From assembly GCA_017513865.1 (NCBI GenBank), contig JAFWMN010000006.1, positions 107,064 to 171,063 on the forward strand: a stretch of DNA of 64,000 nt, read 5' to 3'. Origin of the DNA: Bacilli bacterium. Lineage in GTDB: Bacteria > Bacillota_I > Bacilli_A > RF39 > UBA660. This document shows, one piece after another, positions 27,604-39,538 of the stretch. The first letter of the stretch is position 1, and every line of letters begins with the position of its first letter. Both the position numbers and the translations under genes were made by a program. The notes under the pieces were generated by a model. It saw only the letters and a list, made by a program, of their open reading frames with translations. It ran no database searches and was not told the origin of the DNA.

Positions 27604-28428
27604 ATGAAAGGAATCTTAGGTCGTAAAATCGGAATGACTCAAGTATTTAATCAAGATGGAAAACTTATTCCGGTAACTGTTGTTGAAGTTACTCCTAATG
27701 TAGTAACACAAATTAAGACTAAAGAAAACGATGGTTATGAAGCTATTCAACTTGGTTTTGATACAAAAAGAGAAAAACTTGCGACAAAAGCTTCTGCTGG
27801 AATTACTAGCAAAGCAAAAACTACACCTAAGCGCTTCTTTAAAGAAATCAGAGGTGTAAATGTTAACGATTATACTTTAGGTCAAGAAATTAAAGCTGAC
27901 ATTTTTGAAGTAGGTGAAGTCGTTGACGTAACTGGAACTTCTAAAGGTAAAGGGTTCCAAGGATCAATCAAAAAATATAACCAACATAGAGGACCAATGG
28001 GACATGGGTCACATTATCATAGAGGACCTGGTTCACTTGGTACTATGAGACCAATGCGTGTGTTTAAAGGTAGAGGTTTACCAAGTCATATGGGAGTACT
28101 TACAGTAACTATTCAAAATTTAGAAATTGTTGCTGTTGATGTTGAAAATAATGTAATTTTAGTTAAAGGAAATATTCCTGGACCTAAAAAGTCATTAGTT
28201 GTTATTAAAAGTGCTGTTAAAAATCCTGGTAAAATTAACAAGACGTCTGAACTTGTAAATTGGAATAAAGAAGAAGTTGCTCCAGAAGTAGAGGAAACTA
28301 CTACTGAAGTTCCAGTTGAAAATGTAGAAGAAGCTACTGAAGAGGTTGCTCCAGAAGTTGCTGAAGAAAAAGAAGTAGAAGAAGCTGCTTCAGAAAAAAC
28401 TGAAACAGATGCAGAAGGTCAAAACTAG
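27604..28428 (+). CDS. rplC: 50S ribosomal protein L3 with a ~60-aa acidic C-terminal extension.
   Basis: The L3 core runs from '[15 protein letters not shown]' to '[22 protein letters not shown]'. An Glu/Val/Ala-rich tail '[52 protein letters not shown]' follows. Confidence 0.93.
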   Translation: MKGILGRKIGMTQVFNQDGKLIPVTVVEVTPNVVTQIKTKENDGYEAIQLGFDTKREKLATKASAGITSKAKTTPKRFFKEIRGVNVNDYTLGQEIKADIFEVGEVVDVTGTSKGKGFQGSIKKYNQHRGPMGHGSHYHRGPGSLGTMRPMRVFKGRGLPSHMGVLTVTIQNLEIVAVDVENNVILVKGNIPGPKKSLVVIKSAVKNPGKINKTSELVNWNKEEVAPEVEETTTEVPVENVEEATEEVAPEVAEEKEVEEAASEKTETDAEGQN

Positions 28429-28438
28429 GAGGCAAATT

Positions 28439-29062
28439 ATGAAAAAGAATCAAATAGTTAACCTTAAAGGCGAAAAAGTTAGTGATATCACTTTAAACGA
28501 AAAAGTTTGGGGTATTACTCCAAATGATGCAGTACTTTATGATGCAATAACAACAGCTCAAAGTGCTCAAAGACAAGGTACAGCAAGTACTAAAACACGC
28601 AGTGATGTAAGTGGTGGTGGAAGAAAACCATGGAGACAAAAAGGTACTGGTCACGCAAGACAAGGTAGTACAAGAGCTCCTCATTGGTATCATGGTGGTG
28701 TAGTATTTGGACCACATCCACGTACTTATGGTAAAAAAATGAATAAAAAGGAAAGAGTTTTAGCCCTTAAATCTGCACTTAGTTATAAAGTGCAAGACAA
28801 TGCTTTAATTGTTGTAGATGACTTAACTCTTAAAACAAACAAAACAAAAGACATGATTAAAATCTTAAATGAATTAAAAGTTTCTAAAAATATTTTAATC
28901 GTTGTTAAAGAATTAACTGACAATTTAATTTTAGCAACAAGAAATATTCCAAAAGTGGAACTTCTTCAAAATGATGAAATTAACACTTTGGATATTATAG
29001 CTGCTGATTATTTAGTTATTACTAAGGATGCAGTAAGTGCTATAGAGGAGGTGCTTTCTTAA
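28439..29062 (+). CDS. rplD: 50S ribosomal protein L4.
   Basis: An AGGAGG RBS precedes ATG 28439. '[20 protein letters not shown]' is present. Confidence 0.95.
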   Translation: MKKNQIVNLKGEKVSDITLNEKVWGITPNDAVLYDAITTAQSAQRQGTASTKTRSDVSGGGRKPWRQKGTGHARQGSTRAPHWYHGGVVFGPHPRTYGKKMNKKERVLALKSALSYKVQDNALIVVDDLTLKTNKTKDMIKILNELKVSKNILIVVKELTDNLILATRNIPKVELLQNDEINTLDIIAADYLVITKDAVSAIEEVLS

Positions 29063-29343
29063 TGGATAGATTTAGAGACATTATAAAAGCTCCAATTATA
29101 ACTGAAAAAAGTTCAGAGCTTGCTAGGGAACACAACACATTTGTATTTAGTGTAGATCCTAAAGCAACAAAAATAGAAATTAAAGAGGCTATTGAAAAAC
29201 TTTTCAATGTAGAAGTTTTAAATGTTAATACATTAAACACATATCCTAAGAAAAAAAGAGTTGGAAGATATGTTGGTAGAGCCAATAAAGTAAAAAAAGC
29301 AATTGTTAAATTAAAAGAAGGAAGTTCAATCGAACTTAGTTAA
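29062..29343 (+). CDS. rplW: 50S ribosomal protein L23.
   Basis: '[11 protein letters not shown]…[22 protein letters not shown]' is present. Confidence 0.95.
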   Translation: MDRFRDIIKAPIITEKSSELAREHNTFVFSVDPKATKIEIKEAIEKLFNVEVLNVNTLNTYPKKKRVGRYVGRANKVKKAIVKLKEGSSIELS

Positions 29344-29360
29344 TAAGGGAGGAACGAAAA

Positions 29361-30188
29361 ATGGCAATTAGATCATATAGACCGGTGACTAATGGAAGAC
29401 GTGGTATGACAACTTTAATCAATGATGAAGTTACTAAAACTACTCCAGAAAAGTCACTTGTTGTAACAATAAAAAAATCTGGTGGTCGTAATAATCAAGG
29501 TAAAATTACAGTGAGACATCACGGTGGTGGAGCTAAAAGAAAATACAGAATCATCGATTTTAAAAGAAATAAAGATGGTATCGTTGGAACAGTTGCTTCA
29601 ATTGAATACGATCCAAATAGAAGTGCTAACATTGCTTTAATAAATTATGCCGATGGAGAAAAAAGATATATTATTGCTCCAAATGGTTTAAAAGTTGGAA
29701 TGAAAATAGAAAGTGGAGAAAAAGCAGATATTAAAATTGGCAACAACTTACCACTTGCCTATATTCCAGAAGGTACTTTAGTTCACAATGTTGAATTAAT
29801 GCCTGGTAAAGGTGGCCAAATGGCTAGAAGTGCTGGTTCAAGTGCACAAATTCTTGGTAGAGAAGATAATTACACATTACTTCGTTTAACAAGCGGTGAA
29901 GTAAGAAAAGTATTAAGCGTTTGTAGAGCTACAATTGGTGAAGTTGGAAATGCTGATTATGAGCTTGTTAATTTAGGAAAAGCTGGTAGAAAAAGACATA
30001 TGGGTATTAGACCTACAGTTCGTGGATCTGTTATGAACCCTAATGATCACCCACACGGTGGTGGTGAAGGTAGAGCTCCAGTTGGTAGAAAAGGGCCTGT
30101 TACTCCTTGGGGTAAACCTGCTCTTGGATACAAGACACGTAATAAGAAAAAGGCTTCAAACAAGTTAATTGTTCGCCGAGGAAAATAA
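29361..30188 (+). CDS. rplB: 50S ribosomal protein L2.
   Basis: '[14 protein letters not shown]…HHGGG…[18 protein letters not shown]' is present. Confidence 0.96.
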   Translation: MAIRSYRPVTNGRRGMTTLINDEVTKTTPEKSLVVTIKKSGGRNNQGKITVRHHGGGAKRKYRIIDFKRNKDGIVGTVASIEYDPNRSANIALINYADGEKRYIIAPNGLKVGMKIESGEKADIKIGNNLPLAYIPEGTLVHNVELMPGKGGQMARSAGSSAQILGREDNYTLLRLTSGEVRKVLSVCRATIGEVGNADYELVNLGKAGRKRHMGIRPTVRGSVMNPNDHPHGGGEGRAPVGRKGPVTPWGKPALGYKTRNKKKASNKLIVRRGK

Positions 30189-30206
30189 GGAAAGGATGAT
30201 TTATAA

Positions 30207-30479
30207 ATGGCTAGAAGTTTGAAAAAAGGACCTTTTGTTGATAAAAGTTTAATGAAAAAGGTTAAAGAGATGAACGAATCTGGTAAAAAAGAAGTAATTA
30301 AAACTTGGTCTCGCCGTTCTACAATTTATCCTGAATTTGTTGGACACACATTTGCTGTTCATAATGGTAAAGAGTTTATTCCTGTTTATGTAACAGAAGA
30401 TATGGTTGGTCATAAATTAGGAGAATTTTCTTTGACACGTAAATTTGGCGGTCACGGCGATGATAAAAAGAAAAAATAA
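30207..30479 (+). CDS. rpsS: 30S ribosomal protein S19.
   Basis: '[12 protein letters not shown]…[23 protein letters not shown]' is present. Confidence 0.96.
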   Translation: MARSLKKGPFVDKSLMKKVKEMNESGKKEVIKTWSRRSTIYPEFVGHTFAVHNGKEFIPVYVTEDMVGHKLGEFSLTRKFGGHGDDKKKK

Positions 30480-30498
30480 GCTGAAAGGAATGATATAA

Positions 30499-30831
30499 AT
30501 GGAAGCTAAAGCAATTGCAAAAGGCGTTAGAATTGCTCCAAGAAAAGCGCGCTTAGTTATCGACCTTATACGTGGCAAAGATGTTGTTGAGGCCGATACG
30601 ATTTTAGCAAACATAAATAAAGAAGCTTCAAGATTAATTCGTAAAGTTTTAACTTCTGCAGTAGCGAACGCAGAGAACAATTTAGAACTTAAGAAAGAAA
30701 ATCTTTATGTTAAAGAAGCTTATATAAATGAAGGCAGAACTCTTAAAAGAGGACGTGCTGGGGCTAAAGGTAGTCCAAAACCAATATTAAAAAGATCAAG
30801 CCACATTACTGTGGTTGTAGGTGAAAAATAA
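30499..30831 (+). CDS. rplV: 50S ribosomal protein L22.
   Basis: '[27 protein letters not shown]' is present. Confidence 0.95.
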   Translation: MEAKAIAKGVRIAPRKARLVIDLIRGKDVVEADTILANINKEASRLIRKVLTSAVANAENNLELKKENLYVKEAYINEGRTLKRGRAGAKGSPKPILKRSSHITVVVGEK

Positions 30832-30851
30832 AGTAAAGGAGGGTAATACTA

Positions 30852-31532
30852 ATGGGTCAAAAAGTTAGTCCAGTTGGACTTAGAATTGGAATTAATAAAA
30901 CTTGGGAATCTAAATGGTATGCAGGAAATAAAGATTTTGCTAAATTCTTAGGTAATGATTATAAAATTCGTAAATTCTTAGAAAAAAAATTATCTGGAGC
31001 TGCTGTTTCTAACATTGAAATTGAAAGAAACGGCGAAAAGACCGAAGTTATTATCAATACTGCTAAACCTGGTGTTGTTATTGGGCATGGCGGTGACGAA
31101 ATAGAAAAACTAAGAAAAGAACTTGCAAAATTAACTAAAGAAGAAATTCACATTTCTATTAAAGAAATTAAAAACCCTAATTTAGTTGCGGCTTTAGTTG
31201 CTGAAACTATAGCTCATCAAATAGAAGGTCGTGCTTCTTATAAAGTGGCTCAAAAGAAAGCAATTAGAAACACAATGAAAGCTGGGGCTAAGGGTATTAA
31301 AACTGAAGTTTCAGGCCGTTTAAATGGTAATGAAATTGCTAGAAGTGAACATTACACTGAAGGTAAAGTACCACGTCATACTTTAAGAGCTGATATTGAT
31401 TATGCTCATAAAGAAGCTGATACTATATACGGTAAAATCGGTGTTAAAGTATGGATATATAAAGGAGAAATCCTACCTGAAAAAGATGGTAAGGAGGGCA
31501 AGAAAAATGGCAGTCATTCCAAAAAGAACTAA
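30852..31532 (+). CDS. rpsC: 30S ribosomal protein S3.
   Basis: It has '[24 protein letters not shown]' and a KH domain. Its 3' end overlaps rplP by ~26 nt. Confidence 0.94.
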   Translation: MGQKVSPVGLRIGINKTWESKWYAGNKDFAKFLGNDYKIRKFLEKKLSGAAVSNIEIERNGEKTEVIINTAKPGVVIGHGGDEIEKLRKELAKLTKEEIHISIKEIKNPNLVAALVAETIAHQIEGRASYKVAQKKAIRNTMKAGAKGIKTEVSGRLNGNEIARSEHYTEGKVPRHTLRADIDYAHKEADTIYGKIGVKVWIYKGEILPEKDGKEGKKNGSHSKKN

Positions 31533-31929
31533 ATATCGTAGACCTCACCGTCTAAAATATACAGGAAGAAGTAAAGGTAATAGAACCTTATCATTTGGTG
31601 AATTTGGTCTTCAAGCACAAGAAGGTGCTTGGATAAGCCAACAACAGATAGAAGCTGCCCGTGTAGCTATGACTCGTTATATGAAACGTGGAGGAAAAAT
31701 ATGGATAAATATTTTCCCACATTTATCATTAACAGCTAAAGGAATTGGTGTTCGTCAAGGAAAAGGTAAAGGATCACCTGAAAAATGGGTTGCGGTTGTT
31801 AAAGAAGGAAAAATCATGTTTGAAGTTGCCGGTGTAAGTGAAGAAATTGCTAGAGAAGCATTGAGACTAGCTATGCACAAACTTCCAATAAAATGTAAAT
31901 TTGTAAAGAAAGAGAGTGGTGAGGCGTAA
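31507..31929 (+). CDS. rplP: 50S ribosomal protein L16.
   Basis: An AAGGAGGG RBS precedes ATG 31507 ('[15 protein letters not shown]'). The track ORF starts upstream only because there is no in-frame stop. Confidence 0.93.
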   Translation: MAVIPKRTKYRRPHRLKYTGRSKGNRTLSFGEFGLQAQEGAWISQQQIEAARVAMTRYMKRGGKIWINIFPHLSLTAKGIGVRQGKGKGSPEKWVAVVKEGKIMFEVAGVSEEIAREALRLAMHKLPIKCKFVKKESGEA

Positions 31930-32123
31930 TGAAAATTAATGAACTTCGTGAACTTAGCGATAAAGAATTAAAAGCTAAAATTTCTGAATGCAAAGCTGAA
32001 TTATTTAATTTGCGTTTTAGCCAAGCTACTGGTAGTCTTGAAAAACCAGCTAGAATAAATGAACTTAGAAAGGCTGTCGCACGTATGAAGACAATTCTTC
32101 GCGAACGTGAATTACAAGGCTAG
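31929..32123 (+). CDS. rpmC: 50S ribosomal protein L29.
   Basis: '[35 protein letters not shown]' is present. It shows a TAATG overlap with rplP. Confidence 0.93.
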   Translation: MKINELRELSDKELKAKISECKAELFNLRFSQATGSLEKPARINELRKAVARMKTILRERELQG

Positions 32124-32134
32124 GAGGAATAGTA

Positions 32135-32392
32135 ATGGAAAATATTAAACAAGAATTAGTTGGAAAAGTAGTTAGTGATAAAACTGATAAAACTATTACA
32201 GTTTTAGTAGAAACTTACAGAACAGATAAAAAATACGGCAAAAGAGTTAAATACTCTAAAAAATATGCTGCACATGATGAAAATAATGAGGCTAAAGTTG
32301 GCGATACAGTAAGAATCGCTGAGACAAGACCACTATCTAAAACTAAACATTATCGTTTGGTTAAAGTAGTTGAGAAAGCAGTTATTTTATAA
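32135..32392 (+). CDS. rpsQ: 30S ribosomal protein S17.
   Basis: '[18 protein letters not shown]…[25 protein letters not shown]' is present. Confidence 0.94.
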   Translation: MENIKQELVGKVVSDKTDKTITVLVETYRTDKKYGKRVKYSKKYAAHDENNEAKVGDTVRIAETRPLSKTKHYRLVKVVEKAVIL

Positions 32393-32414
32393 CTTTTAGA
32401 AGGAGGAATTATAT

Positions 32415-32783
32415 ATGATTCAACAAGAAAGCCGTTTAAAAGTAGCTGACAACTCTGGTGCTCGTGAGCTTCTAGTTATTAGAGTATTAGGTGGCAGCAA
32501 AGTAAAAACTGGCAATATTGGAGATATCGTTGTAGGAACTGTTAAAAAAGCTATGCCTAACGGTACAATTCGTGCTGGGCAAGTTGTTAAAGCAGTTGTT
32601 GTTAGAACTAAATTTGGTCTTAGAAGAGAAGACGGGTCTTATATTAAATTTGATGAGAATGCTTGTGTTCTTATTAAAGAAGATAAAAGCCCAATCGGAA
32701 CTCGTGTATTTGGACCAGTAGCTCGTGAACTTCGTGACAAAGACTTCATGAAAATTGTGTCACTTGCTAAGGAAGTTTTATAA
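32415..32783 (+). CDS. rplN: 50S ribosomal protein L14.
   Basis: '[18 protein letters not shown]…' is present. Confidence 0.96.
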   Translation: MIQQESRLKVADNSGARELLVIRVLGGSKVKTGNIGDIVVGTVKKAMPNGTIRAGQVVKAVVVRTKFGLRREDGSYIKFDENACVLIKEDKSPIGTRVFGPVARELRDKDFMKIVSLAKEVL

Positions 32784-32801
32784 ATCGTTTGGAGGAATAA
32801 T

Positions 32802-33107
32802 ATGAAAATTAAACAAGGAGATAAAGTTGTCATCATTGCTGGTAAAGATAAAGGCAAAGAAGGCAAAGTTTTAAAAACATTTGCATCTTCTTCAAAGGTT
32901 ATCGTTGAAGGCGTTAATATTGTTAAAAAACATATTAAACCAAACGGTGGAGAAGATGGAAGAATAGCTGAAGTAGAAGCACCTTTACATGTTTCAAATG
33001 TTATGCTTTATGATGATAAAGCTAAAAAGGGAACTAGAGTAGGCTATGAAATAAAAGATGGTAAAAAAATAAGAGTGTCAAAAAAATCTGACAAGAAATT
33101 TAACTAG
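32802..33107 (+). CDS. rplX: 50S ribosomal protein L24.
   Basis: '[23 protein letters not shown]' (KOW motif) is present. Confidence 0.94.
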   Translation: MKIKQGDKVVIIAGKDKGKEGKVLKTFASSSKVIVEGVNIVKKHIKPNGGEDGRIAEVEAPLHVSNVMLYDDKAKKGTRVGYEIKDGKKIRVSKKSDKKFN

Positions 33108-33126
33108 ACTTGAAAGGAGGGCATTT

Positions 33127-33666
33127 ATGAACCGCCTAGAAAAAGAGTATAAAGAAAAAATCGTACCAAGTTTATGTGAAAAATATAATTATAAAAGTCA
33201 TATGGCTGCGCCTAAGCTTGAAAAAATTGTTGTTAATATGGGTGTTGGTGATGCAACAACTAATAGTAAATTAATTGATGCCGCAGTAGAAGATTTAAAA
33301 GTTATTACTGGTCAACAACCAATTATCACTAAAGCTAAAAAAGCGGTGGCTGGTTTTAAAGTTAGAGAAGGTCAACCAATTGGCTGCAAAGCTACGCTTA
33401 GAGGCGAGAATATGTATAACTTTTTAGATAAGTTAATTAGTATTACACTTCCACGTGTAAGAGACTTTAGAGGTATTAGTCCAAAATCATTCGATGGTAG
33501 AGGTAATTACACTTTAGGTCTTACTGAACAATTAATCTTTTCTGAAATAGATTATGATAAAGTTGTTAAAGTTCGTGGAATGGATATTGTATTTGTTACC
33601 ACAGCAAAAACTAACGAAGAAGCTTTAGACTTACTTAAAGGTTTCGGTATGCCGTTTAGAAAATAA
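33127..33666 (+). CDS. rplE: 50S ribosomal protein L5.
   Basis: '[16 protein letters not shown]…[13 protein letters not shown]…' is present. Confidence 0.95.
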   Translation: MNRLEKEYKEKIVPSLCEKYNYKSHMAAPKLEKIVVNMGVGDATTNSKLIDAAVEDLKVITGQQPIITKAKKAVAGFKVREGQPIGCKATLRGENMYNFLDKLISITLPRVRDFRGISPKSFDGRGNYTLGLTEQLIFSEIDYDKVVKVRGMDIVFVTTAKTNEEALDLLKGFGMPFRK

Positions 33667-33683
33667 TTATTTAGGAGGAATTT

Positions 33684-33869
33684 ATGGCAAGAAAGAGTAT
33701 GATTGTTAAAGCTAATCGTAAACCAAAATATAAAGTACGTGAATATACACGTTGCCAAATTTGTGGCAGACCACATTCAGTACTTAAAAAATATGGAATA
33801 TGCCGTATTTGTTTTAGAGAATTAGCTTACAAAGGACAAATACCTGGATTTACAAAATCAAGTTGGTAA
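33684..33869 (+). CDS. rpsN: 30S ribosomal protein S14, type Z (zinc-binding, 61 aa).
   Basis: CQICGRPH…CRIC forms a C4 zinc ribbon. Its length matches the short S14 type. Confidence 0.93.
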   Translation: MARKSMIVKANRKPKYKVREYTRCQICGRPHSVLKKYGICRICFRELAYKGQIPGFTKSSW

Positions 33870-33885
33870 GAAGGGAGGATTAATT

Positions 33886-34281
33886 ATGGTAGTATCAGAT
33901 CCAATTGCTGATATGCTTACGAGAATCCGTAATGCAAATCAATTAAGATATCAAGAAGTTGAAATGCCAACTTCAAAGATGAAAGAAGAAATTGCTAGAA
34001 TTTTAAAAGAAGAAGGTTTTATTTCTGAATATAAAATAGTAGAAGAAAAACCACAAAATAAATTAGTATTATCTTTAAAATATGATAATAAAACACGTGT
34101 TATTACTGGTCTTAAGAAAATTTCTAAACCAGGATTACGTGTATATGCTAAAGCCGCAGAAATACCTAGTGTACTTAACGGTTTAGGTATTGCTATCGTG
34201 TCAACATCAGAAGGTGTTATGACTGGTAGAGATGCTAAGAAAAAATCATTAGGTGGAGAAGTTTTAGCTTATATTTGGTAG
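33886..34281 (+). CDS. rpsH: 30S ribosomal protein S8.
   Basis: '[14 protein letters not shown]…' is present. Confidence 0.95.
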   Translation: MVVSDPIADMLTRIRNANQLRYQEVEMPTSKMKEEIARILKEEGFISEYKIVEEKPQNKLVLSLKYDNKTRVITGLKKISKPGLRVYAKAAEIPSVLNGLGIAIVSTSEGVMTGRDAKKKSLGGEVLAYIW

Positions 34282-34296
34282 AAAGGAAAGATTTTA

Positions 34297-34827
34297 ATGA
34301 GTCGTATAGGAAACAGAGTATTAACAGTACCTGCCGGTGTTACAGTTGAGACTAATGGTAATATTGTTACAGTTAAGGGTCCTAAAGGTGAACTTTCTAC
34401 TGAAATAAATAAAAATATTACTGTTAAGGTGGAAGGAACAGAACTTACTACTTCAAGAAAAAGTGATGAGTTTAAAAGCTTTCATGGAACTGCTAATGCT
34501 AACATTAGTAATATGATTACTGGTGTAACTAAAGGTTTTGAAAAAAGATTAGAAACAGTTGGTGTTGGTTACCGTTTTGATGTACAAGGAAAGAAAATTA
34601 AAGTTACTGCTGGTTATTCTCATCCAGTTATGGTTGATATTCCAGAAGGATTAACCGCAGAAGCTCCAAGTAATACAGAACTTGTTATTAAAGGCGTTGA
34701 CAAACAGTTAGTTGGCGAATTTGCTGCTAATATTAGAAAAATCAGAAAACCTGAGCCTTATAAAGGTAAAGGAATTCGTTACCAAGACGAACATATTATT
34801 CGTAAAGTTGGTAAGAAAGCTGCTTAA
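34297..34827 (+). CDS. rplF: 50S ribosomal protein L6.
   Basis: '[18 protein letters not shown]…' is present. Confidence 0.95.
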   Translation: MSRIGNRVLTVPAGVTVETNGNIVTVKGPKGELSTEINKNITVKVEGTELTTSRKSDEFKSFHGTANANISNMITGVTKGFEKRLETVGVGYRFDVQGKKIKVTAGYSHPVMVDIPEGLTAEAPSNTELVIKGVDKQLVGEFAANIRKIRKPEPYKGKGIRYQDEHIIRKVGKKAA

Positions 34828-34844
34828 TAGAAAGGAAGAAGAAT

Positions 34845-35207
34845 ATGATTAAAAAAGAAAGTCGTAACGATGTGCGTAGGGCTAGACATACAAGAGTTAG
34901 AAATAAAATGTCTGGTACTAAAGATATTCCTAGACTTAATGTGTTTAGATCTAATAGTAATATTTTTGCACAAATAATCGATGATACTAAAGGCGAAACT
35001 TTAGTGAGCGCTTCTTCAATTGATAAAGAATTAAAATTAGAAAATGGTGGAAATGTAGAAGCAGCTATTAAAGTTGGTAAATTAATTGCTGAAAGAGCGA
35101 AAAAAGCAAAAATTAAAAATGTAGTATTCGATAGAGGTGGATACTTATATCATGGTCGTGTTAAAGCTTTAGCTGAAGCGGCACGTGAAAATGGATTAAA
35201 TTTCTAG
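34845..35207 (+). CDS. rplR: 50S ribosomal protein L18.
   Basis: '[15 protein letters not shown]…RLNVFRSN…IFAQIIDD' is present. Confidence 0.94.
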   Translation: MIKKESRNDVRRARHTRVRNKMSGTKDIPRLNVFRSNSNIFAQIIDDTKGETLVSASSIDKELKLENGGNVEAAIKVGKLIAERAKKAKIKNVVFDRGGYLYHGRVKALAEAARENGLNF

Positions 35208-35220
35208 AGGAGGGAAAATA

Positions 35221-35724
35221 GTGGAAAAACAAAGAAGAGAAGCCCGTCCAAAAATATTTGACGAAGAAGTTATTAGTATCGGCCGTGTAACTAAAGTAAC
35301 TAAAGGTGGACGTCAATTACGTTTTGCAGCTACAGCTGTTGTTGGCGATCGTAAAGGTCGTGTTGGTATTGGTTCAGGAAAAGCCGCTGAAGTACCAACA
35401 GCTATTAAAAAAGCAGTTGCTGCAGCCACTAAAAATGTTACAAGAGTTGCTATTGTCGATGGAAATACAATCCCACATGAAGCTATTGGAACAAGAGGAG
35501 CTAGTAAGGTATTATTAAGACCAGCTGTAAAAGGTACAGGAGTTAAAGCGGGAGGACCTGTTAGAACTGTATTAGAACTTGCTGGGGTTAAAGATATTTT
35601 GTCTAAATCTTTAGGTTCAAGCACTAAAATTAATATGGCTTATGCCACACTAGATGCACTTAAACAACAAAAAACTGCGGAACAAGTTGCTAAGTTACGT
35701 GGTAAAAAAGTGGAGGAATTATAA
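35221..35724 (+). CDS. rpsE: 30S ribosomal protein S5.
   Basis: It has a GTG start and '[39 protein letters not shown]'. Confidence 0.94.
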   Translation: MEKQRREARPKIFDEEVISIGRVTKVTKGGRQLRFAATAVVGDRKGRVGIGSGKAAEVPTAIKKAVAAATKNVTRVAIVDGNTIPHEAIGTRGASKVLLRPAVKGTGVKAGGPVRTVLELAGVKDILSKSLGSSTKINMAYATLDALKQQKTAEQVAKLRGKKVEEL

Positions 35725-36167
35725 TGAAGTTACATACTATTACACCAGCAGAAGGTGCTACTAAAAATCGTAAAAGAGTTGGTAGAGGACCTGGAAGTGG
35801 AACTGGTAAAACAGCAGGCCGTGGTGAGAATGGACAAAATTCTAGAAGCGGTGGAGGCGTAAGAGTAGGCTTCGAAGGTGGTCAAACTCCTTTATTTAGA
35901 AGACTACCTAAAAGAGGTTTCTCTAATGCTAGATTTAAAAAAGTGTATGTAGTTATTAATTTAGATGATTTAAATAGATTTGATGATGGTGCTTTAGTAA
36001 ATCCTACAATTTTAAAAGAAATGGGATTAGTTAAAAAGGCGACAGATGGGATTAAAGTACTAGGTAATGGTACATTGAAGAAAAAATTGAATGTTCAGGC
36101 AAATAAATTCTCTGTTTCTGCCAAAAAACAAATTGAAGATTTAGGTGGAAAAGCTGAGGTGATTTAG
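35724..36167 (+). CDS. rplO: 50S ribosomal protein L15. It directly follows rpsE, with no rpmD/L30 gene in between.
   Basis: '[34 protein letters not shown]' is present. A TAATG overlap with rpsE leaves no room for L30. Confidence 0.94.
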   Translation: MKLHTITPAEGATKNRKRVGRGPGSGTGKTAGRGENGQNSRSGGGVRVGFEGGQTPLFRRLPKRGFSNARFKKVYVVINLDDLNRFDDGALVNPTILKEMGLVKKATDGIKVLGNGTLKKKLNVQANKFSVSAKKQIEDLGGKAEVI

Positions 36168-36170
36168 CCT

Positions 36171-37412
36171 ATGAAAAAAATAAAACAATTCTTTAGTTCT
36201 TCAAACAAAGAACTTAGAAAAAAATTATTATTTACATTTTTCTGTTTGTTTGTATTTAAATTAGGTACAGCAATCGTTGTACCAGGAGTTAATTCTAATT
36301 TAAATATGGGGTTTTTGGAGCTACTTAATATCATGGGTGGCGGAGCTATGCAAAATTTTTCTATTTTTGCGCTTGGTGTTATGCCTTATATTACAGCTTC
36401 AATCATTATGCAGCTTTTGCAAATGGATATAATTCCTTATTTTTCAGATTTAGCTAAACAAGGTCAAACTGGCAGAAACAAATTAAATCAAATAACTAGA
36501 ATACTTGGTATAGTTTTGGCGTTTGTCCAAGGGTATATGTTCTCTTTTGCTTTTATAAAAGGAGGAACAGTGTCTGAATATATGCAAGTATCTTTAGTTC
36601 TGACTGCAGGTACATGTTTACTGCTTTGGATCGGTGATGAAATCACTAAAAAAGGTTTAGGAAATGGTACCTCAATGATAATTATGGCTGGTATTTTAGC
36701 AACTACTCCACATATGTTCACAGTTGCGTGGTCAAGTTTAGTTGGAGGAGCTTCTAATACAGCTATTGGTGCATTATTATTTGCTTTATTTGTTGTTGTT
36801 TATTTAATTGTTGTTCTTGGAGTATTATTTGTTGAACTTGCTGCAAGAAGAATACCTATTCAATATGCAAATAAAACAAATAATGTGTTTGGAAGTAAGA
36901 AAACTTACATTCCATTTAAATTAAATTCAGCTGGAGTTGTACCAGTAATATTTGCATCTGCACTTATTTCTGTACCAGCACTTATTGCTCAATTTTCTAA
37001 AAATGAGAGTATGATGAAATTTGTTCAGAAGTGGCTTAGTCTTTCTTCAGGAACAGGATTTGCCTTATTTGTATTATTTATCTTGGCATTTTCTTACTTT
37101 TATACATTTATTGTTATTAAACCTAAGGAAATGGCTGAGGATTTACAAAAATCAGGTGGATACATTCCAGGTATTAGACCAGGGGATGAAACTATAAAAT
37201 ATGTTAATAAAGTGTTAATAAGATTAACGGTTGTTGGATCACTTGCTTTAGCGCTAGTGGCTGGTCTTCCTTATGTGCTTAGTATGGTAACTAGTTTACC
37301 TACCACAGTTTCTATTGGAGGAACAGGGCTTATAATCGTTATTGGTGTTATTTTAGACACTTATAAGCAAATTGAAAGTAGTTTAATCAGTCAAAGTTAT
37401 AAGAGGAGATGA
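36171..37412 (+). CDS. secY: Preprotein translocase subunit SecY.
   Basis: It has 10 TM segments and 'FALGVMPYITASIIMQLL…GIQP…' motifs, in its expected position in the spc operon. Confidence 0.95.
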   Translation: MKKIKQFFSSSNKELRKKLLFTFFCLFVFKLGTAIVVPGVNSNLNMGFLELLNIMGGGAMQNFSIFALGVMPYITASIIMQLLQMDIIPYFSDLAKQGQTGRNKLNQITRILGIVLAFVQGYMFSFAFIKGGTVSEYMQVSLVLTAGTCLLLWIGDEITKKGLGNGTSMIIMAGILATTPHMFTVAWSSLVGGASNTAIGALLFALFVVVYLIVVLGVLFVELAARRIPIQYANKTNNVFGSKKTYIPFKLNSAGVVPVIFASALISVPALIAQFSKNESMMKFVQKWLSLSSGTGFALFVLFILAFSYFYTFIVIKPKEMAEDLQKSGGYIPGIRPGDETIKYVNKVLIRLTVVGSLALALVAGLPYVLSMVTSLPTTVSIGGTGLIIVIGVILDTYKQIESSLISQSYKRR

Positions 37413-37417
37413 TATAA

Positions 37418-38053
37418 GTGAATATAACGTTTATCGCTCCTCCAGCGGCTGGTAAAGGGGCACTTTCAAATATGATTTATGAAAAGTATGGTTTTCCTCA
37501 TATTTCAATTGGTGGTCTTTTACGTAATGTAGAAGATCCTGAAATTAAAAAAGAGCTTGAGGAAGGTGCTTTTGTAGATAATAAAATTGTGGCAAAACTT
37601 TTATATGATCGAATTAAAAAGGATGATTGCAAGGAAGGGTTTATTTTAGATGGCTTTCCGCGCAATGAATCACAAGTTGATATATATAATGATCTTTGTC
37701 ATAAAAATGATTTAAAAAATATTATTATTGTTGTGGATATACCTAAAGAAGTCGGTGAACTTAGAATTACTGGAAGAAGAGTATGTCCAAATTGTTCAAG
37801 TGTTTACAATGTCAATATTGATGATAGTAAACCTAAAGTTAAAAATATATGCGATGACTGTGGTCATGAGTTAGAAAAGCGATCTGATGATAACTTAGAA
37901 ACTTATGATCATAGATTTGAAGTTTATGAAAATGAAACGGCTCCTATATTAAATCATTTTTCTTCTAGTAGTAATTTGTATCATGTAGATGGTACTAAAT
38001 CAGTTGGTGAAGTTTTTAGCTCAATTGACGAAATTATAAAGGAAAATTTATGA
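37418..38053 (+). CDS. adk: Adenylate kinase (zinc-lid type).
   Basis: It has a GTG start, a 'IAPPAAGKG' P-loop and a CPNC…CDDCGHEL zinc-binding lid. Confidence 0.93.
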   Translation: MNITFIAPPAAGKGALSNMIYEKYGFPHISIGGLLRNVEDPEIKKELEEGAFVDNKIVAKLLYDRIKKDDCKEGFILDGFPRNESQVDIYNDLCHKNDLKNIIIVVDIPKEVGELRITGRRVCPNCSSVYNVNIDDSKPKVKNICDDCGHELEKRSDDNLETYDHRFEVYENETAPILNHFSSSSNLYHVDGTKSVGEVFSSIDEIIKENL

Positions 38054-38796
38054 TTAGTATTAAAAATAAAGATGAAATCGAAAAACTTAGAATAGCTGGT
38101 GAAATAACTGGTAGTACACATAATCATTTAAAAAAATATATAAAGCCAGGGGTTACTACTAAAGAACTTGATAAAATTGCTGAAGAATATATTTTAAGCA
38201 GGGGAGCTACGCCATCTTTTAAAGGTTATGATGGTTTTCCGGGTACTATTTGTGCCTCAGTAAATAACGAAGTTGTTCACGGTATTCCAGACAATAGAGT
38301 TTTAAAAGAGGGAGATATTATTTCTCTTGATATTGGAGCGTGCTATGAAGGGTACCATGGTGATTCAGCTTGGACTTATTCTGTTGGAAAAATTAGTGAT
38401 GAGAAACAGTATTTACTTACGCATACAGAAAAATCCTTGTTTAAAGGATTAGAAGCTATACATGATGGATGTCATGTTGGTGATATTGGTTATGCAGTTT
38501 CAAAATATGCGAAAGAACATAACCTTGGTGTAGTTAGAGAGCTTGTTGGTCATGGTGTAGGGACTGATGTCCATGAGGAACCCGATGTTCCAAATTATGG
38601 AGCTCGTGGTGTAGGACCAGTTTTAAAAGAAGGAATGGTTATTGCTGTTGAACCTATGCTTAATTTAGGGTCTAGGAAAGTTTATATTTTAGATAATGGT
38701 TGGACAATTGTAACAGCTGATAATAAACCGTCTGCTCATTTTGAACACACTGTTCTAATTACTAAAGATGGATATGAAATATTAACAAGGAGGTGA
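38050..38796 (+). CDS. map: Methionine aminopeptidase type I.
   Basis: '[13 protein letters not shown]…[13 protein letters not shown]…EPMLN…FEHTVLIT' metal-ligand motifs are present. Confidence 0.95.
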   Translation: MISIKNKDEIEKLRIAGEITGSTHNHLKKYIKPGVTTKELDKIAEEYILSRGATPSFKGYDGFPGTICASVNNEVVHGIPDNRVLKEGDIISLDIGACYEGYHGDSAWTYSVGKISDEKQYLLTHTEKSLFKGLEAIHDGCHVGDIGYAVSKYAKEHNLGVVRELVGHGVGTDVHEEPDVPNYGARGVGPVLKEGMVIAVEPMLNLGSRKVYILDNGWTIVTADNKPSAHFEHTVLITKDGYEILTRR

Positions 38797-38800
38797 TAAT

Positions 38801-39022
38801 ATGGCTAAAGAAGCAGTCATTGAACTTGAAGGAATAGTAGAAGAAATTTTGCCGGGAGGCGGATTTAAAGTTAGATTAGATAATAATCAAGTTATTAAGG
38901 CCCACATTTCTGGTAAAATGCGTGTTAATCGCATTCGTATTTTACTAGGCGACAAAGTAAAAGTAGAATTATCACCTTATGATTTAACATGTGGGCGTAT
39001 AACCTATAGAGTAACAAGGTAG
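38801..39022 (+). CDS. infA: Translation initiation factor IF-1.
   Basis: '[40 protein letters not shown]…' is present. Confidence 0.95.
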   Translation: MAKEAVIELEGIVEEILPGGGFKVRLDNNQVIKAHISGKMRVNRIRILLGDKVKVELSPYDLTCGRITYRVTR

Positions 39023-39033
39023 GAGGAATATTT

Positions 39034-39147
39034 ATGAAAGTTAGACCATCTGTAAAAAAGATATGTGATAAATGTAAAATTATCAAACGTAACGGAAAAA
39101 CAATGGTAATTTGTGCAAATCCTAAGCACAAACAAAGACAAGGTTAA
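39034..39147 (+). CDS. rpmJ: 50S ribosomal protein L36 (37 aa; absent from the ORF track because of its length).
   Basis: Manual translation gives [37 protein letters not shown], preceded by AGGAGG. Confidence 0.88.
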   Translation: MKVRPSVKKICDKCKIIKRNGKTMVICANPKHKQRQG

Positions 39148-39157
39148 GGAGGTTTTT

Positions 39158-39523
39158 ATGGCACGTATTAAAGGTGTTGATGTACCTAATAATAAGAGAG
39201 CAGAGGTTGCTTTAACTTATATTTATGGTATTGGAAGAAGTTTGTCTAATAAAATCTTAGCTGATGCTAAAGTAGATAAGAATAAAAAAGCTGGAAGTTT
39301 AGATAATGATGAACTAGCTAGAATTCGTGACGAAGTTAATAAATATTTAACTGAAGGTGATTTAAGACGTGAAGTTAATATGAGTATTAAAACTAAGATG
39401 GAAATTAATTCTTATCAAGGAACTCGTCATAAAAAAGGGTTACCAGTACATGGTCAAAGAACTCGTAGTAATGCCAGAACTCGTAAGGGTAAACCAAAAA
39501 CAATAGCTAATAAGAAAAAATAA
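39158..39523 (+). CDS. rpsM: 30S ribosomal protein S13.
   Basis: An AAGGAGG RBS precedes ATG 39158 ('[14 protein letters not shown]'). Confidence 0.95.
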   Translation: MARIKGVDVPNNKRAEVALTYIYGIGRSLSNKILADAKVDKNKKAGSLDNDELARIRDEVNKYLTEGDLRREVNMSIKTKMEINSYQGTRHKKGLPVHGQRTRSNARTRKGKPKTIANKKK

Positions 39524-39538
39524 TTTAAGGAGGATATT

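Noticed and set aside
35306-35518. Plus-strand 70-aa ORF in an alternative frame inside rpsE. A similar one lies at 61478-61666 inside the YugP gene, and two more at 62910-63188 and 62944-63144 overlap the DedA gene.
   Set aside because: These are alternative-frame or antisense ORFs within well-supported genes and have no translation signals.
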